From Octopus bimaculoides (taxonomy: Eukaryota), in the NCBI RefSeq assembly GCF_001194135.2, contig NC_068998.1:10196227-10260226 (forward strand): DNA of 64,000 bases, written 5' to 3'. The notes below the pieces were generated by a model that was not told the origin of the DNA, did not search any database, and worked only from the letters and a program-made list of their open reading frames with translations. Shown here one piece after another: positions 12,801 to 23,712 of the stretch (its first letter is position 1; each line of letters begins with the position of its first letter). The position numbers and the translations under genes were made by a program.

Positions 12801-15800
12801 TGAAACCAGTAAAGGTTTAAAAGCGTATACCAAAGAGAAATATATTTGTAAATAACACTATTCCCAATACTCCCATACTCATCCCCTCCCATCAGAATCA
12901 CCTGTAAAGGTAGCAAAGCAGAGAATATTACCTGTAAATCAGGCTGAGAGGTAACCCATCGACCAAACGACCCGAGGCAGGAGATCAAGTCGTATTTATG
13001 TGGTACTGGCCGAGAGAAATTTTCCTTTGTGAAGATGATATCATCTGTTTCTGTAAACATCCGTACTGTAAGTAGAGCAGAAAAAAAGGTGCATTTAAAC
13101 TTTTCGTTGTTGTTATTTACCATGAAGAGATCTCTGAAACAAAACTCCCTACAAAAATTAGACTTTATTCCATTTTGTTGATGTAAAAAAATTTCTGTTT
13201 TGCTTATTTTATGCTTAAAAAGTCCATGAGATGGATGCAGGTACAACTGTGTAGCTAAGAAGCTCCCTTTGCAGTCAAGTGGTTTCTAGTTTACTTTTAC
13301 TGCATGGCACCTTAGGCAAGTGTCTTCTACTATAGCCCTCGGGTTAACCAAATCCTTGTGAGTGAACATGATAGAGGGAAAATGTGTGAGTCCATCATAT
13401 ATGTATGTTTTTGTGTGCCCCAGCCATTACTTGACAAATGGTGCCATGTAGTGGGACTGAACCAGAAGCCACTTGACTGCAAAATAAGCTTCTTAACCAC
13501 ACACTTGTACCTGCGTCCATTTCATGTCCCTTTACACATAAAAGGAACAAAAGAAAAATATAGGACCTGGTGTGATTTTTTGAGATATTTTTTAGGGAAA
13601 AAATACATTTTAGATGCTATCAAATACGGTAAGACTAAATGCAGTTATTTACTGTAAAAGGAATTTACAGTTGAATCTAATATAGTCCCTAGAAGGAACA
13701 TTGATATAACTTTGTCCAGTAAACTTACCGCCATTGTCGATGATACAGTCAACTCCCAGACCCCCAGTCTCTTCCATCACACTGCTGCGTAACATACTCC
13801 CATGGCCACTCACATCGATTATTTGTGCTGAAAGGAGAGTAAATTATACACTGTTAAAAAAGAAGTTAGAGGATATCTTGAGCCAAGAGGCTAATTAAGC
13901 CAGAGCTTGTTCTAGGCTCCAAAGCATTTAAGTGAACGAAAGAATAAGACAACACCCTAAACAAGATGTCAGACTATTGCACGGTTAACTTTCCAGTTGC
14001 TACTGGTACATTTCCAGGTGACTGGACTGGACTGGAGCAACAAGAGATATATGTGTCCTTGCATATAGACACTGGCATAGCTGGAATCAGAGACTAACAA
14101 AACATCCAATTTTTGCTGTGTTGACCATTCAGCTTAGTTCCAGAAGATCAAGACAAATGACACTCTCGTCATCTCAAAGAACAGGTCACCTTATTCTGCT
14201 GTGCTGATTACTGGCTCTTGAACATTTTAAGTCATGGAATGGAAAAGCAGTGTGACACCATTCTGTGAACTCAGCCTTCCTTTTTAGAGCATAAAGATAT
14301 ATGTTTCATTGCCTGTCACCAGATTAAAATAAAATGTGTTTTCATCGGTTTCAAATGCTTCCAGCAGATCTGAGCAGACTTCCATACATTTTGCTTTCAA
14401 ATCAGCTGTCAATTACCAAAGTACCCAGTTTGCACAGGTTTTCTAATAACCAGTCTTTCACAATTTCCTGTAATGTCTTTTGACCATAGTCCAGTTATGC
14501 AGCAAGTTCACAAACTGCAACTTGTTTATCAAAGCATATCATTTCATCCACTTGTCAGCAATTGCAGCTGATGGCCTTACACTGTGTGGTTTATCTTCAA
14601 TGCTGGTTTCCTTTTCTTTGAACTTCCTCCATCTGTACACATTGCTCTTGTCAATGGTGTCATCTTTGTAAACAACCCACAGCGTGGCCATAGTTCAATA
14701 GAACATGTAAATAAAAGATAAAAGACAATAAAATTGATAAGAATATGTTTTTAGAAAGAATGGAGTACCAAAGTGGAATAAGATTAACCATTATTTACCT
14801 AATGAAGGGATTGAAGACTTTAAAAAATGTCGTTCTTCTGCAGAAGCCACAGTTGTAATAACCTAGAGAGATTTATAATATATATTAAAATATATTTTCT
14901 AAAATTCATGAAAAATAATAGGATGTGTGATGCTTCCCACTGTCACTACTCTAAAGTTTATATTTCCCCACTGCAATTAATATTACAATTCAAAAGGTAT
15001 TTTTTTTATTGGAATTTTAGCAAGATTTAGTGCTAAAGACACACTGTGGAAAAAATAGATGTATGGAATATGAAAATCCGGGCTCAAGGGGAGGTAATTC
15101 AGTGAGTATTATTCTTAAACATATACATACATGTTTATGTAGTATATACACACATACATGCATATATATTTATTTATTTATATAACCATCATCATCATTC
15201 GTCGGCATTTCACATCCACTTTTACATGCTAGCATGGACTGATAGGTTAACTGGTTAACTATCAGATTAATAATAATAATAATAATAATAATAACAACAA
15301 CAATAACGATAATAATAATAATAGTTTCAAAATTTGGCACAGGGCCAGCAATTACATTGATTCCAGTACTTATTTAATCGACCCTGAAAGGATGAAAGGA
15401 AAAGTTGACCTCAGTGAAATTTGAACTCAGATCATGAAAATGGATGAAATAATGCTAAGCATTTTGCCCGTCATGCTAACAATTCTGCCAGCTCACAGCT
15501 TTATAATAATAATAATAATGGTTTAAAATTTTGCCACAAAGGCAGTCATTTTGGGGGAGGGAATGAGAAGATTACATCGTTTATTTTGGCATAATGACCC
15601 AAAGTACCACAAAAAAAAGGCATTTAATTATTTATTTCACTGAAACTAAAAATGAATTGTCTATACCTTTGCCCCCCAACTCAGGGCTAGCTGAATGGTA
15701 ATACTGCCGAAAGTCGAGGCTCCATCCATTACAAGTATTGTGTCTCCAGCACAGAGTCGACAGAGGTAGTGAAGTGCAGTGTAAGCATGTAAGCAGTCAC

Positions 15801-16063
15801 CGATGCCACAAGCAGCATCTTCAAAACTCAGCATCTCAGGTTTCTTTACTATTAAGAAAGAAAGAAAGAAAAAAAGAATGTGAGAAATGATAATAGAATA
15901 AGATGTCATTAAAAAATATAAGATTATAAAATATCTGACGCATTTGAACAGAGTACAAATGGTATAGTGTGTGTGTGTATAGATATATACACATATATAT
16001 ACATATGCATATGTGTGGTATGTGAATATGTATATATATGTATGAGTATATATGTATGTGTGT

Positions 16064-16115
<52 letters not shown>

Positions 16116-17488
16116 ATATGCGTGAGTATGTATATGTATACATGTATATATGAGTGTATATGTGTGTGTGTGTATATATATAACAAGAAAACAGGATGGT
16201 CATTACAGGAACACATTTGATCAATACTGATCTTGGGGAAGATGGGGTGTTGAAACAACAACAACAACAAAATTGAAAACTAATAGAGAAACTCAGTTCT
16301 CTACTTACCAATGTCATATTCATGGAATATACAATATTCGGCACAGCCAGAATTTATGCTGGAAAGCGGAACGACACCTGGAAATAAGAAAGAAGAAAAC
16401 GCCTTTCAGTAAAAGAAGTTCAAATGTGAACTATAGCAGTGAGAAGTGACTTCCAAGAGGCGATTGAAAGGGTCAGTCCAAACCCTCCTTTAGTCTATTC
16501 TAACTATATTTCCGACTTTCATGGTACTTCTTATATATTTTTCATGTTTTTAAATGAGTTGCAATGTCACTGGTGCCAAGCTGTATCGGCCTTTGCCTTC
16601 TGCTTGGATAATATCAGAGGCATAGAGAGGGGAGGCTGGTATGCGTGGACAACTGCTGGTCTTCCATAAACAATCATACCTGGGCTTGTGTCTTGGAGGG
16701 GAACTTTCTAGGAGCAATCCCATGGTCATTCATAACCGAAGAGGGTCTACTCTTTACCCTGATACGCTAGAAATAGCAGCTATTCAAGTATTGTTGTTGT
16801 TGTTGTTGGCACTCTATCGCTTACGATGTCGAGGGTTCCAATTGATCCGATCAACGGAACAGCCTGCTCGTGAAATTAACGTGCAAGTGGCTGAGCACTC
16901 CACAGACACGTATACCCTTAATGAAGTTCTCAGAGATATTCAGCGTGACACAGAGTGTGACAAGGCTGACCTCTTTGAATTACAGGCACAACAGATACAG
17001 GAAGAAAGAGTGAGAGAAAGTTGTGGTGAAAGAATACAGTAGGGTTCACTACCATCCCCTGCCGGAGCCTCGTGGAGCTTTAGGTGTTTTCGCTCAATAA
17101 AAACTCACAACGCCCTGTCTGGGAATCGAAACCGCGATCCTATGACCGCGAGTCCGCTGCCCTAACCACTGGGCCATTGCACCTCCACTATTCAAATATA
17201 ACTTGAAGTTAAACAACAAAACAACAACTATCTCAGCCTTATGCACTAATTTAATTGAATAAATCACATTGTTGTCATATTTAAAGTTAGATACTTACCT
17301 ACAACAACATCCCCTTCTTTGAATGTCAAGACACCTTCCCCTACTTGAGTGATAACTCCAGCTACATCTCGACCCACAGCATAATGTTTCTGATCAGGAT
17401 TTTTTCGGAATACTTCATCAAGAACCTATCAATGTCAAAACATGAAGAAAAAAAAAAAAAGGCATAGGTCATATGGTCTGAAGGTTGT

Positions 17489-17521
<33 letters not shown>

Positions 17522-20517
17522 AAAAGAGTACTAGTTGAGTACCAGGTGTCCTCTACTATAGTTTGAGGTGACCAATGTCTTGTGAGCGAATTTGATAGAT
17601 GAAAACTGTGTGGAAACCTGAAGTACATATATGTGTGTATTTTTGTGTTTGTGTTTGTCCCACCACCATTAATTGACAACTGTTGTTGGTTTGTTTATGT
17701 CCCTGTATCTTAGTGGTTCAGCAAAAGAGACTGATAGAACAAGTAGATTTGACGAAAATCCTTCGAGGTGGTGCTCCAGCACAGCTGCAGTCCAATGACT
17801 GAAACAAGTAAAAGATAAAAGCTGAAAGATAACCCCTGACTCCCACCCTCCNNNNNNNNNNNNNNNNNNNNNNNNNNNNNNNNNNNNNNNNNNNNNNNNN
17901 NNNNNNNNNNNNNNNNNNNNNNNNNNNNNNNNNNNNNNNNNNNNNNNNNNNNNNNNNNNNNNNNNNNNNNNNNNNNNNNNNNNNNNNNNNNNNNNNNNNN
18001 NNNNNNNNNNNNNNNNNNNNNNNNNNNNNCAACAATAACAAAATAGATACCTTCTGGTTGATGGGACTCAGAGCTGAGGTTTTGACCTTCACTTGAACTT
18101 CATTTTTGCCAGGAGATGGAACTGGCAGCTGAAGATGAAGAAAATATAAAACACATGAATTTTGTTTATGAAACACTAATTATTTTTTATTATTATTTTT
18201 TATTGCCCACAAGGGGCTAAACATAGAGGGGACAAACAAGGACAGACAAATGGGTTAAGTCGATTACATCGACCCCAGTGTGTAACTGGTACTTAATTTA
18301 TCGACCCCGAAAGGATGAAAGGCAAAGTCCACCCGGAACCATGTGGTTAGTAAGCAAGCTACTTACCACACAGCCACTCCTGCACCCATATACACATATA
18401 TAAAAGATAGGTGCAGGTGAGATTACAAGAGGCACAGGTGTGGATGTGTGGTTAAGAAGATTGTTTCTCGACCATGTGATCTCAGATTCAGTCCAACTGT
18501 GTAGTATCTTGGAGAAATGTCTTCTACCATAGGCCTTGGTAGAGTAAAGCTTTGTGAGTGGATCTGGGAGACAGAAACTGAAAGACGGCGAGCTGGCAGA
18601 AACGTTAGCACGCCAGGCGAAATGCTTAGCGGTATTTCGTCTACCGTTACATTCTGAGTGCGGGATGCATAACCATTTTGTTCAAAACAATATAGTGAAT
18701 ACATAAAAAATAAAGACAACCAACATATTTATTTACCAAAGAGTTATCAAAGAAGGCGACGTTTAGCAATAAGATAGTTATACCACACTTAGTATGCACA
18801 TATCCGAATCTCACAAACTAAGCATCAAAAAAGGTAAGTGAGATTTGTGTAACTGGTGTTTAGCTTTGAAGATATCATTAATATTTGCTTAGGAATTGCT
18901 GCATCCAACCAAGAGAATTGCTTTCAAATGTTCATCAGTCGACCTTGTTCAATGTGCTGACTTCACATCCTTCATTATTGAAGATGTTTGAGCACAGACA
19001 TAAGTTGTTCTAAACACTGTTGCCATACCAAATGCAAACGAACAATCATTGCTGGAACTTACACAAAAGATACAGGGCGGCGGCGGGCCTGATGAACTGC
19101 CCTTGCGGGCCGGAGTCTGGTGACCCGTGCTTTAGAGGAAAAAGGTTGTAAACTAGAAGGCTTTGCTTTCCAGTTTATTTGATATCACAAAAGCTCATTT
19201 TCTTTGAGGAAACGTGACACCGTACCAGTGATTACAATTAATTCACTTTGTTGCAGGTGCAAAACAACAACAACAACAACAAAGTTATGGCTTTCATAGG
19301 AGTAAGGTCAGGATAACGGAAAAACAAGTCAAAAAGTGTTGTGAAGACAAGTTATTGTCACAGAGAAAATCCTGAGTGTTGTTGTGAATGTTGGTAGAGG
19401 CTATTTTCAGATAGTGTGAATTCGTCAACGCCCCTTTTGTTTTGCATTAAGCACGGCTCTGCGTTTTCGAAGTTGTATTTATTTAGCAAGTAGTTTAAAT
19501 TAGAAATCATATGTTGAAACTGAAATAAGTACGTCGTGGAAACATTACAACAACCTTTTAAAACACACATCAACCGTTATATTAAAATACTATACAAGGT
19601 GTTAGTAGTATTTCGTCGTACATCTACGTTCTCGACACTAACGGATGTCAGTGGCTAATGAGTCTTCCTCACAAATTGCAGTATGGTTATGTATTATACT
19701 TCTTACGTAAAAGAATGATACACGATTGGGAAATCATACACATTACAAATACATTCTAAAGGTGTTCTGAAGAATTTCAGTGAATATGCGGAAATAAAGC
19801 GATGCAGTGCAATAAATAAATGTGCGGGAGGGAGAAGAAAAGAAACAGAATTATGTTAAATTCTTTTGTCTGAGCATCAAACTATACAACTGGCATGAAC
19901 GGGTTCATTGATCCAGCCAGTATGCTACGGGTATTTACTGTATTGAACTAATAATAGAAGGTGGAGGTGGTTAATAGTAACAGTACAGCTTCGGAACAGG
20001 GCTTAGAATATTTGCTTTCGTGTTTTTAAGTGTCATGTTCAAGCCGTACGGTATTGTCTCGGCCTTTAGCCCCGATGCAGTCGAGAAATTAGTACCAGTG
20101 GCATGCCGTGACCGATTCAATCGATCATGTGGTACCACTTACAAAAAGAAAAAAAGGCGATCTTTCGAGATCGCCGATATGTTTAAATAAAAAGAAAAGA
20201 ATACACAGTGTTTGTGAATGTGTGTGTGTGTATATGTATATATATAATCCTCCTCTAGTTATAAGTAAATTCACAAGCTATTGTATGGGCAATCTATTAT
20301 AAATCAATCAATACCACAACTGTTGCCATGTTTTAAATATTAACAGGAAGATGGAAAACTCGATCACTTTGACACAAGAAATAAACACTTATAATAACAA
20401 TAATTAAAATGATAACAATATCAGATCGTAATATAAACAACTCACATCGGTCTCAAGAACATATTTTGATGTTTCTTCGTCTGAATTAACAACAGATTGC
20501 CAAAACACGGCTTTCAT
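6414..20517 (-). CDS. CRYZL1: CRYZL1 / quinone oxidoreductase-like protein 1 (zeta-crystallin-like, MDR superfamily; FERRY Fy-4), 11 coding exons, 1074 nt, 357 aa
   Basis: All 11 exons join in frame with matching phases (72+78+127+69+182+64+99+134+106+46+97 nt). Motifs match human CRYZL1 as recalled: AYTALHYL, VMDGASTFGSITIQLA, EETGGLGVD, PHKYDLISCLG, LDPPDS..LFL, terminal VQF*. Confidence 0.95.
6560..6960 (-). mobile_element. SINE family B (internal TA/GT microsatellite)
   Basis: Reverse complement of the family seen at 23313-23712 and 47161-47740. Confidence 0.8.
9380..9790 (+). mobile_element. SINE family B copy
   Basis: gtggtaagaagtttg...ggaaactgaaagaagccc...gactgaaacaagtaaa, the same architecture as 23313-23712. 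Confidence 0.8.
9927..9972 (-). CDS. CRYZL1: CRYZL1 exon 10: (H)ILCDAVDKLDRGLL(K)
   Basis: Follows the AC acceptor, 46 nt, gtaagt donor. Aligns with human CILKDVMEKLSTGVFR as recalled. Confidence 0.9.
9973..10626 (-). other. U12-type (minor spliceosome) AT-AC intron, CRYZL1 intron 9, 654 nt
   Basis: 5' end ATATCCTTTTT at 10626 matches the U12 consensus RTATCCTTT. Branch-like TTTCTTAAC at 9990-9982, AC at 9974-9973. The junction restores the frame (C+AC = His) into ILCDAVDKLDRGLL. Confidence 0.92.
10183..10340. mobile_element. Degenerate piggyBac-type MITE inside the U12 intron
   Basis: ttaacctattagcatctaaactggcc...accctacaatgtc is the reverse complement of the 58985-59205 family. Another decayed copy lies at about 8187-8392. 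Confidence 0.6.
10627..10732 (-). CDS. CRYZL1: CRYZL1 exon 9: LDPPDSRELFLRSGSLCFLFDSIWTMSYSQHGRYK(H)
   Basis: tttattcag acceptor, 106 nt, followed by the non-GT donor ATATCCTTT. Confidence 0.93.
12600..12745 (-). mobile_element. Short RTE LINE 3' ORF fragment
   Basis: Track ORF 12540..12833 contains IKTCQSLIMERTCERGRLRKAWDEVVRMD, homologous to VKKCRSLTVEGACGRGRSRKTWDKVV at about 5000. Confidence 0.6.
12932..13065 (-). CDS. CRYZL1: CRYZL1 exon 8: (V)RMFTETDDIIFTKENFSRPVPHKYDLISCLGSFGRWVTSQPDLQ
   Basis: cttacag acceptor, 134 nt, gtaata donor. Lies within track ORF 12791..13246. Confidence 0.93.
13729..13827 (-). CDS. CRYZL1: CRYZL1 exon 7: (A)QIIDVSGHGSMLRSSVMEETGGLGVDCIIDNG(V)
   Basis: cctttcag acceptor, 99 nt, gtaagt donor, EETGGLGVD motif. 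Confidence 0.95.
14130..14700 (-). mobile_element. Mariner transposase remnant in CRYZL1 intron 6
   Basis: Minus strand reads LWVVYKDDTIDKSNVYRWRKFKEKETSIEDKPHSVRPS, then LVTGNETY (cf. IVTGDETW) and F*DDESVICLDLLE (cf. FWD..GVI..DFL). Frameshifted. Confidence 0.8.
14799..14862 (-). CDS. CRYZL1: CRYZL1 exon 6: VITTVASAEERHFLKSSIPSL(A)
   Basis: ctctctag acceptor, 64 nt, gtaaat donor, phase 0/1. Confidence 0.9.
15667..15848 (-). CDS. CRYZL1: CRYZL1 exon 5: (V)KKPEMLSFEDAACGIGDCLHAYTALHYLCRLCAGDTILVMDGASTFGSITIQLALSWGAK
   Basis: cttaatag acceptor, 182 nt, gtatag donor. Contains the start of the Rossmann fold. Forms the C-terminal part of track ORF 15661..16344. Confidence 0.95.
16309..16377 (-). 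CDS. CRYZL1: CRYZL1 exon 4: (G)VVPLSSINSGCAEYCIFHEYDI(V)
   Basis: ttatttccag acceptor, 69 nt, gtaagt donor, phase 1/1. Confidence 0.92.
16805..17188 (-). mobile_element. Full-length SINE family A in CRYZL1 intron 3
   Basis: tRNA-like head (gtggaggtgcaatggcccagtggttagggcagcgg...ttcgattccc) through to the (CAA)n tail. Confidence 0.9.
17299..17425 (-). CDS. CRYZL1: CRYZL1 exon 3: VLDEVFRKNPDQKHYAVGRDVAGVITQVGEGVLTFKEGDVVV(G)
   Basis: gatag acceptor, 127 nt, gtaagt donor. Carries the MDR-type G.D.AG.(V/I)..VG..V..FK.GD.V motif. Not in the ORF track. Confidence 0.93.
18051..18128 (-). CDS. CRYZL1: CRYZL1 exon 2: LPVPSPGKNEVQVKVKTSALSPINQK
   Basis: cttcag acceptor, 78 nt, gtatct donor, phase 0/0. 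Confidence 0.92.
18880..19129 (-). mobile_element. Internally deleted hAT transposon remnant
   Basis: Minus strand begins cacgggtcaccagactccggcccgc (hAT-like terminus), followed by MATVFRTTYVCAQTSSIMKDVKSAH*TRSTDEHLKAIL, matching the hAT C-terminal dimerisation motif FGSTY.CEQ.FS.MK..KS..RSRLTDEHL. Confidence 0.75.
20446..20517 (-). CDS. CRYZL1: CRYZL1 coding exon 1: MKAVFWQSVVNSDEETSKYVLETD
   Basis: ATG at 20517 (aagATGa context), 72 nt, donor gtgagt at 20445. Resembles the human N-terminus MKGLYFQQSSTDEE. Confidence 0.9.
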
Positions 20518-20519
20518 CT

Positions 20520-20760
20520 TGACCGGTGTCGTGGGAATTTGTGTATCGGTTTTCAAAATGTGCTGAAAGCTTGTCAGAATCCTCTCGTTGAAACGTTCTC
20601 TTTCTCACCGAATTCTTAACTCTTATTAATGAATAATTGAATTAAAAAAAAAGAATTTATTATATGTGTCTAAAAAAAAATGTAGCATTTCATTTATCCG
20701 GTTCGCAGTCTATTTTTTTCTGAACTTCCGATATATTCTAATTATACAAGTTTATATAGT
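20520..20760 (-). promoter_or_regulatory. Probable 5' UTR / promoter region of CRYZL1
   Basis: Non-repetitive, CpG-containing sequence directly upstream of the ATG. No TSS can be fixed from sequence alone. Confidence 0.35.
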
Positions 20761-21304
20761 GATCTAGCTACCAAATCTCGCTCAAATAACAATTGTTCTA
20801 AGAAAAGATAATGTAGTTGATAATGTAGCTCTCTGTATATATATCTAGAAAAGAAAACAAAGATGAGATGTTTACGACTGGAACGTCTTTAATAACAACA
20901 GATTTATTTATTAAGTTTGATTATGTTTGCTGACTGTTTTATGTTAGGCCTAAGAGAAAAAAGTTATTCTTAAAGAGTTGATTCTAAGGAACCTAGTAAT
21001 TTCTGCCCTGCAAAATTTAAGGCAATCTTAAGTATAACTTTGTCAAACAGTTTTTTAAGGTTAGCTATAATTTCTATAGAAAATCTGTAGAGATAACAGC
21101 CTTAGTCACACGCTGAGCCAAATACCACTTGGCCACACACCTTAACTAATAAAGAACATGCACGCACGTACGCTCGCACGCACGTACGCTCGCACGCACA
21201 CACGCACACACACACACACAGAAGGAATGCGCCTCAACGTTGCCCGGGTGTTATGACCTACAGCGACATTATATTATTTGTTCTTTTCTTATCGGTAGAA
21301 TGAA

Positions 21305-21620
21305 GTGGAGGCGCAATGGCCAAGTGGTTAGGGCAGCGGACTCGCGGTCATAGGATTGCGGTTGTGAGTGTTAATTGAGCGAAACACCTAAGTTCCACGT
21401 GGCTCCAACAGGGAATGGTGGCGAACCCTGCTGTACTCTTTCACCACAACTTTCTCTCACTCTTTCTTCCTGTTTCTGTTGTGCCTGTAATTCAAAGGGG
21501 CCAGCCTTGTCACACTCTGTGTAACGCTGAATATCCCCGAGAACTACGTTAATTTCACGAGTAGGCTGTTCCGTTGATTGGATCAACCCTCGTCGTTGTA
21601 CGCGACGGAGTGCCAACAGC
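21305..21620 (+). mobile_element. SINE family A copy with two internal deletions
   Basis: Relative to 16805-17188 it lacks the T-arm segment at about 21363 and about 40 bp between two acgtta repeats at about 21550. Confidence 0.85.
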
Positions 21621-23312
21621 AACAGCGAAGACAGCTATTCTTTATAAACATGTTTTTCGGTCATTTTCTGATGAACAACGCTGCAGTTTCCGTCTACCAA
21701 ATTCAGTCACAAGTAGAATGCACTTGCCCAAGGTACCACACAGTCATTCTTGCTCCAAATGCACGCGCGCGCATGTATTGATAAAAGTTGCCAGAGTTGC
21801 CTCCCTTAGCTAAAGGCTTCAAAATTATGCGACCCGACCTTATTTTCGAGGTTAATTTTGTAGTAAAAAAAAGAGAGTTATTGTGCAAAAGGTATAGTTT
21901 ATTTGGTAGCCGAAAGATTACCGAATCTTTTGATACCTCATACGTCAAAATTGGCAACATAGGTGTACACGTACCACACACGCACGCACACACACACGCA
22001 TGCGCGCACATTCTTGTTGTAAATGCTCCTTCAAGATAAATTTCTAAATGAACATCATGTGTCTGTAAATCTCTGAGGTCTGAAGTGGCTGAGTTAAAAA
22101 AAGATTAATCAATAATTGTAGTTGGCGTTGAGGTTTGCCGTTAAGTTATTGTTGAAGCGACTATCTGAAGTAGTTTCGAATTCTCCTCCAGTTAATGTCA
22201 CCTTATTTAACTTTTTTGTAGACACACACGTACACGCACGCACACACACACACACACACACAAATCGTGTTCCCTAAACAAATTCAAGGTAGAATGTTGT
22301 GCTGAAAAATAAAAAATAATTAAGATATATAGAAACAAATAATTATCATAAATATTGATTGCTAACATTGGCACAAGGTCACAGATTTTCAGGAGCAAAG
22401 AGTATATAGAAGTATTGATCTGGTCCAGATCAAAAGCCAACTTAGATGAGATTTGAACCGTAAACCTAAAGGGACGTAACTCCATGTACTATAAAGACAA
22501 AAATTATAATTCTTAGATGAGAATTGTCGGAAGAAACCTCAACAGCGAGTAGATAACTGAGAATTAAACGCACTAGACTAGTTGTTTTACTGCACCTGTA
22601 ACTCTAAACTTTACCTGTCCTGTTGAAGAAATCCGATTGAGTTCAACGACATACAACGAAGTTATTGAAACAACTCTCATGCATGCACGCATGTATGTAT
22701 GTGTCTATCTTATTGATAAAGTGAATTTTATGTTAATGAAATAAATGTAAATATAAGTTGAGAGTTAAGTTCAGTGTCGGTGCTGACTGAGCAGATATGT
22801 GATCGAAGACAGTCCAGCTATGACTATCATGTCATATTTTGTTCTAGACGTTGTGTACCTCGAACTACATTGACTAGTGTGTCTTTTTTTAATTTTTTTT
22901 TATAAGACAACAGAATATAACTTGGCTGCTATTTCTAGTCGATCGAATGGCCACATAGGAACTCCTTGTCGTTCGACTTGTGATCAATCCTGAACTCGCA
23001 AGTCCGATGACCAAAGCCTTTCAACTGAGACCATTTCCCACAATAGAGAGTATTAAGTCTTGAATAATCCAGTATCCTCCCCCCACTTTCAAAGCTGCAA
23101 TGAAATGTAGTGATATGAATGAGAAGATTTTACTGCCATCCGTTCTAGCATCTTAGAACAAGCATGGGTAACCTTTTCCCCCGAAGCGAGCCGCATGAGA
23201 TATGACCCTTCATTAGTCCAGTCGTATCTCTCAAAATAAAATTGAAGATAATATTTCGTTATGCGTGCTATTCAGAAAGTCCTCCGGGTCGCACGTTGAC
23301 CATGACTAATCA

Positions 23313-23712
23313 AGTGGCTGTGTGGTAAGTAGTTTGCTTACCAACCACATGGTTCTGGGTTCAGTCCTACTGCGTGGCACCTTGGGCAAGTGTCTTTTAC
23401 TATAGCCTCGGGCCGACCAAAGCCTTGTGAGTGGATTTGGTAGACGGAAACTGAAAGAAGCCTGTCGTATATATGTGTGTGTGTGTGTATGTGTGTGTGT
23501 GTGTATGTTTGTGCGTCTGTATTTGTCCCCCCAACATCGCTTGACAACCGATGCTGGTGTGTTTATGTCCCCGTAACTTAGCGGTTCGGCAAAAAGAAAC
23601 CGATAGAATAAGTACTAGGCTTACAAAGAATAAGTCCTGGGGTCGATTTACTCGACTAAAAGGCGGTGCTCCAGCACGGCCGCAGTCAAATGCCTGAAAC
23701 AAGTAAAAGAGT
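23313..23712 (+). mobile_element. SINE family B, young full-length copy
   Basis: gtggctgtgtggtaagtagtttgcttaccaaccacatgg...cgactaaaaggcggtgctccagcacggccgcagtcaaatg; CpGs retained. Confidence 0.9.

Noticed and set aside
16641-17042. 133-aa ORF with a similar ORF at 21371-21622, suggesting a protein family
   Set aside because: Both are translations of SINE family A copies.
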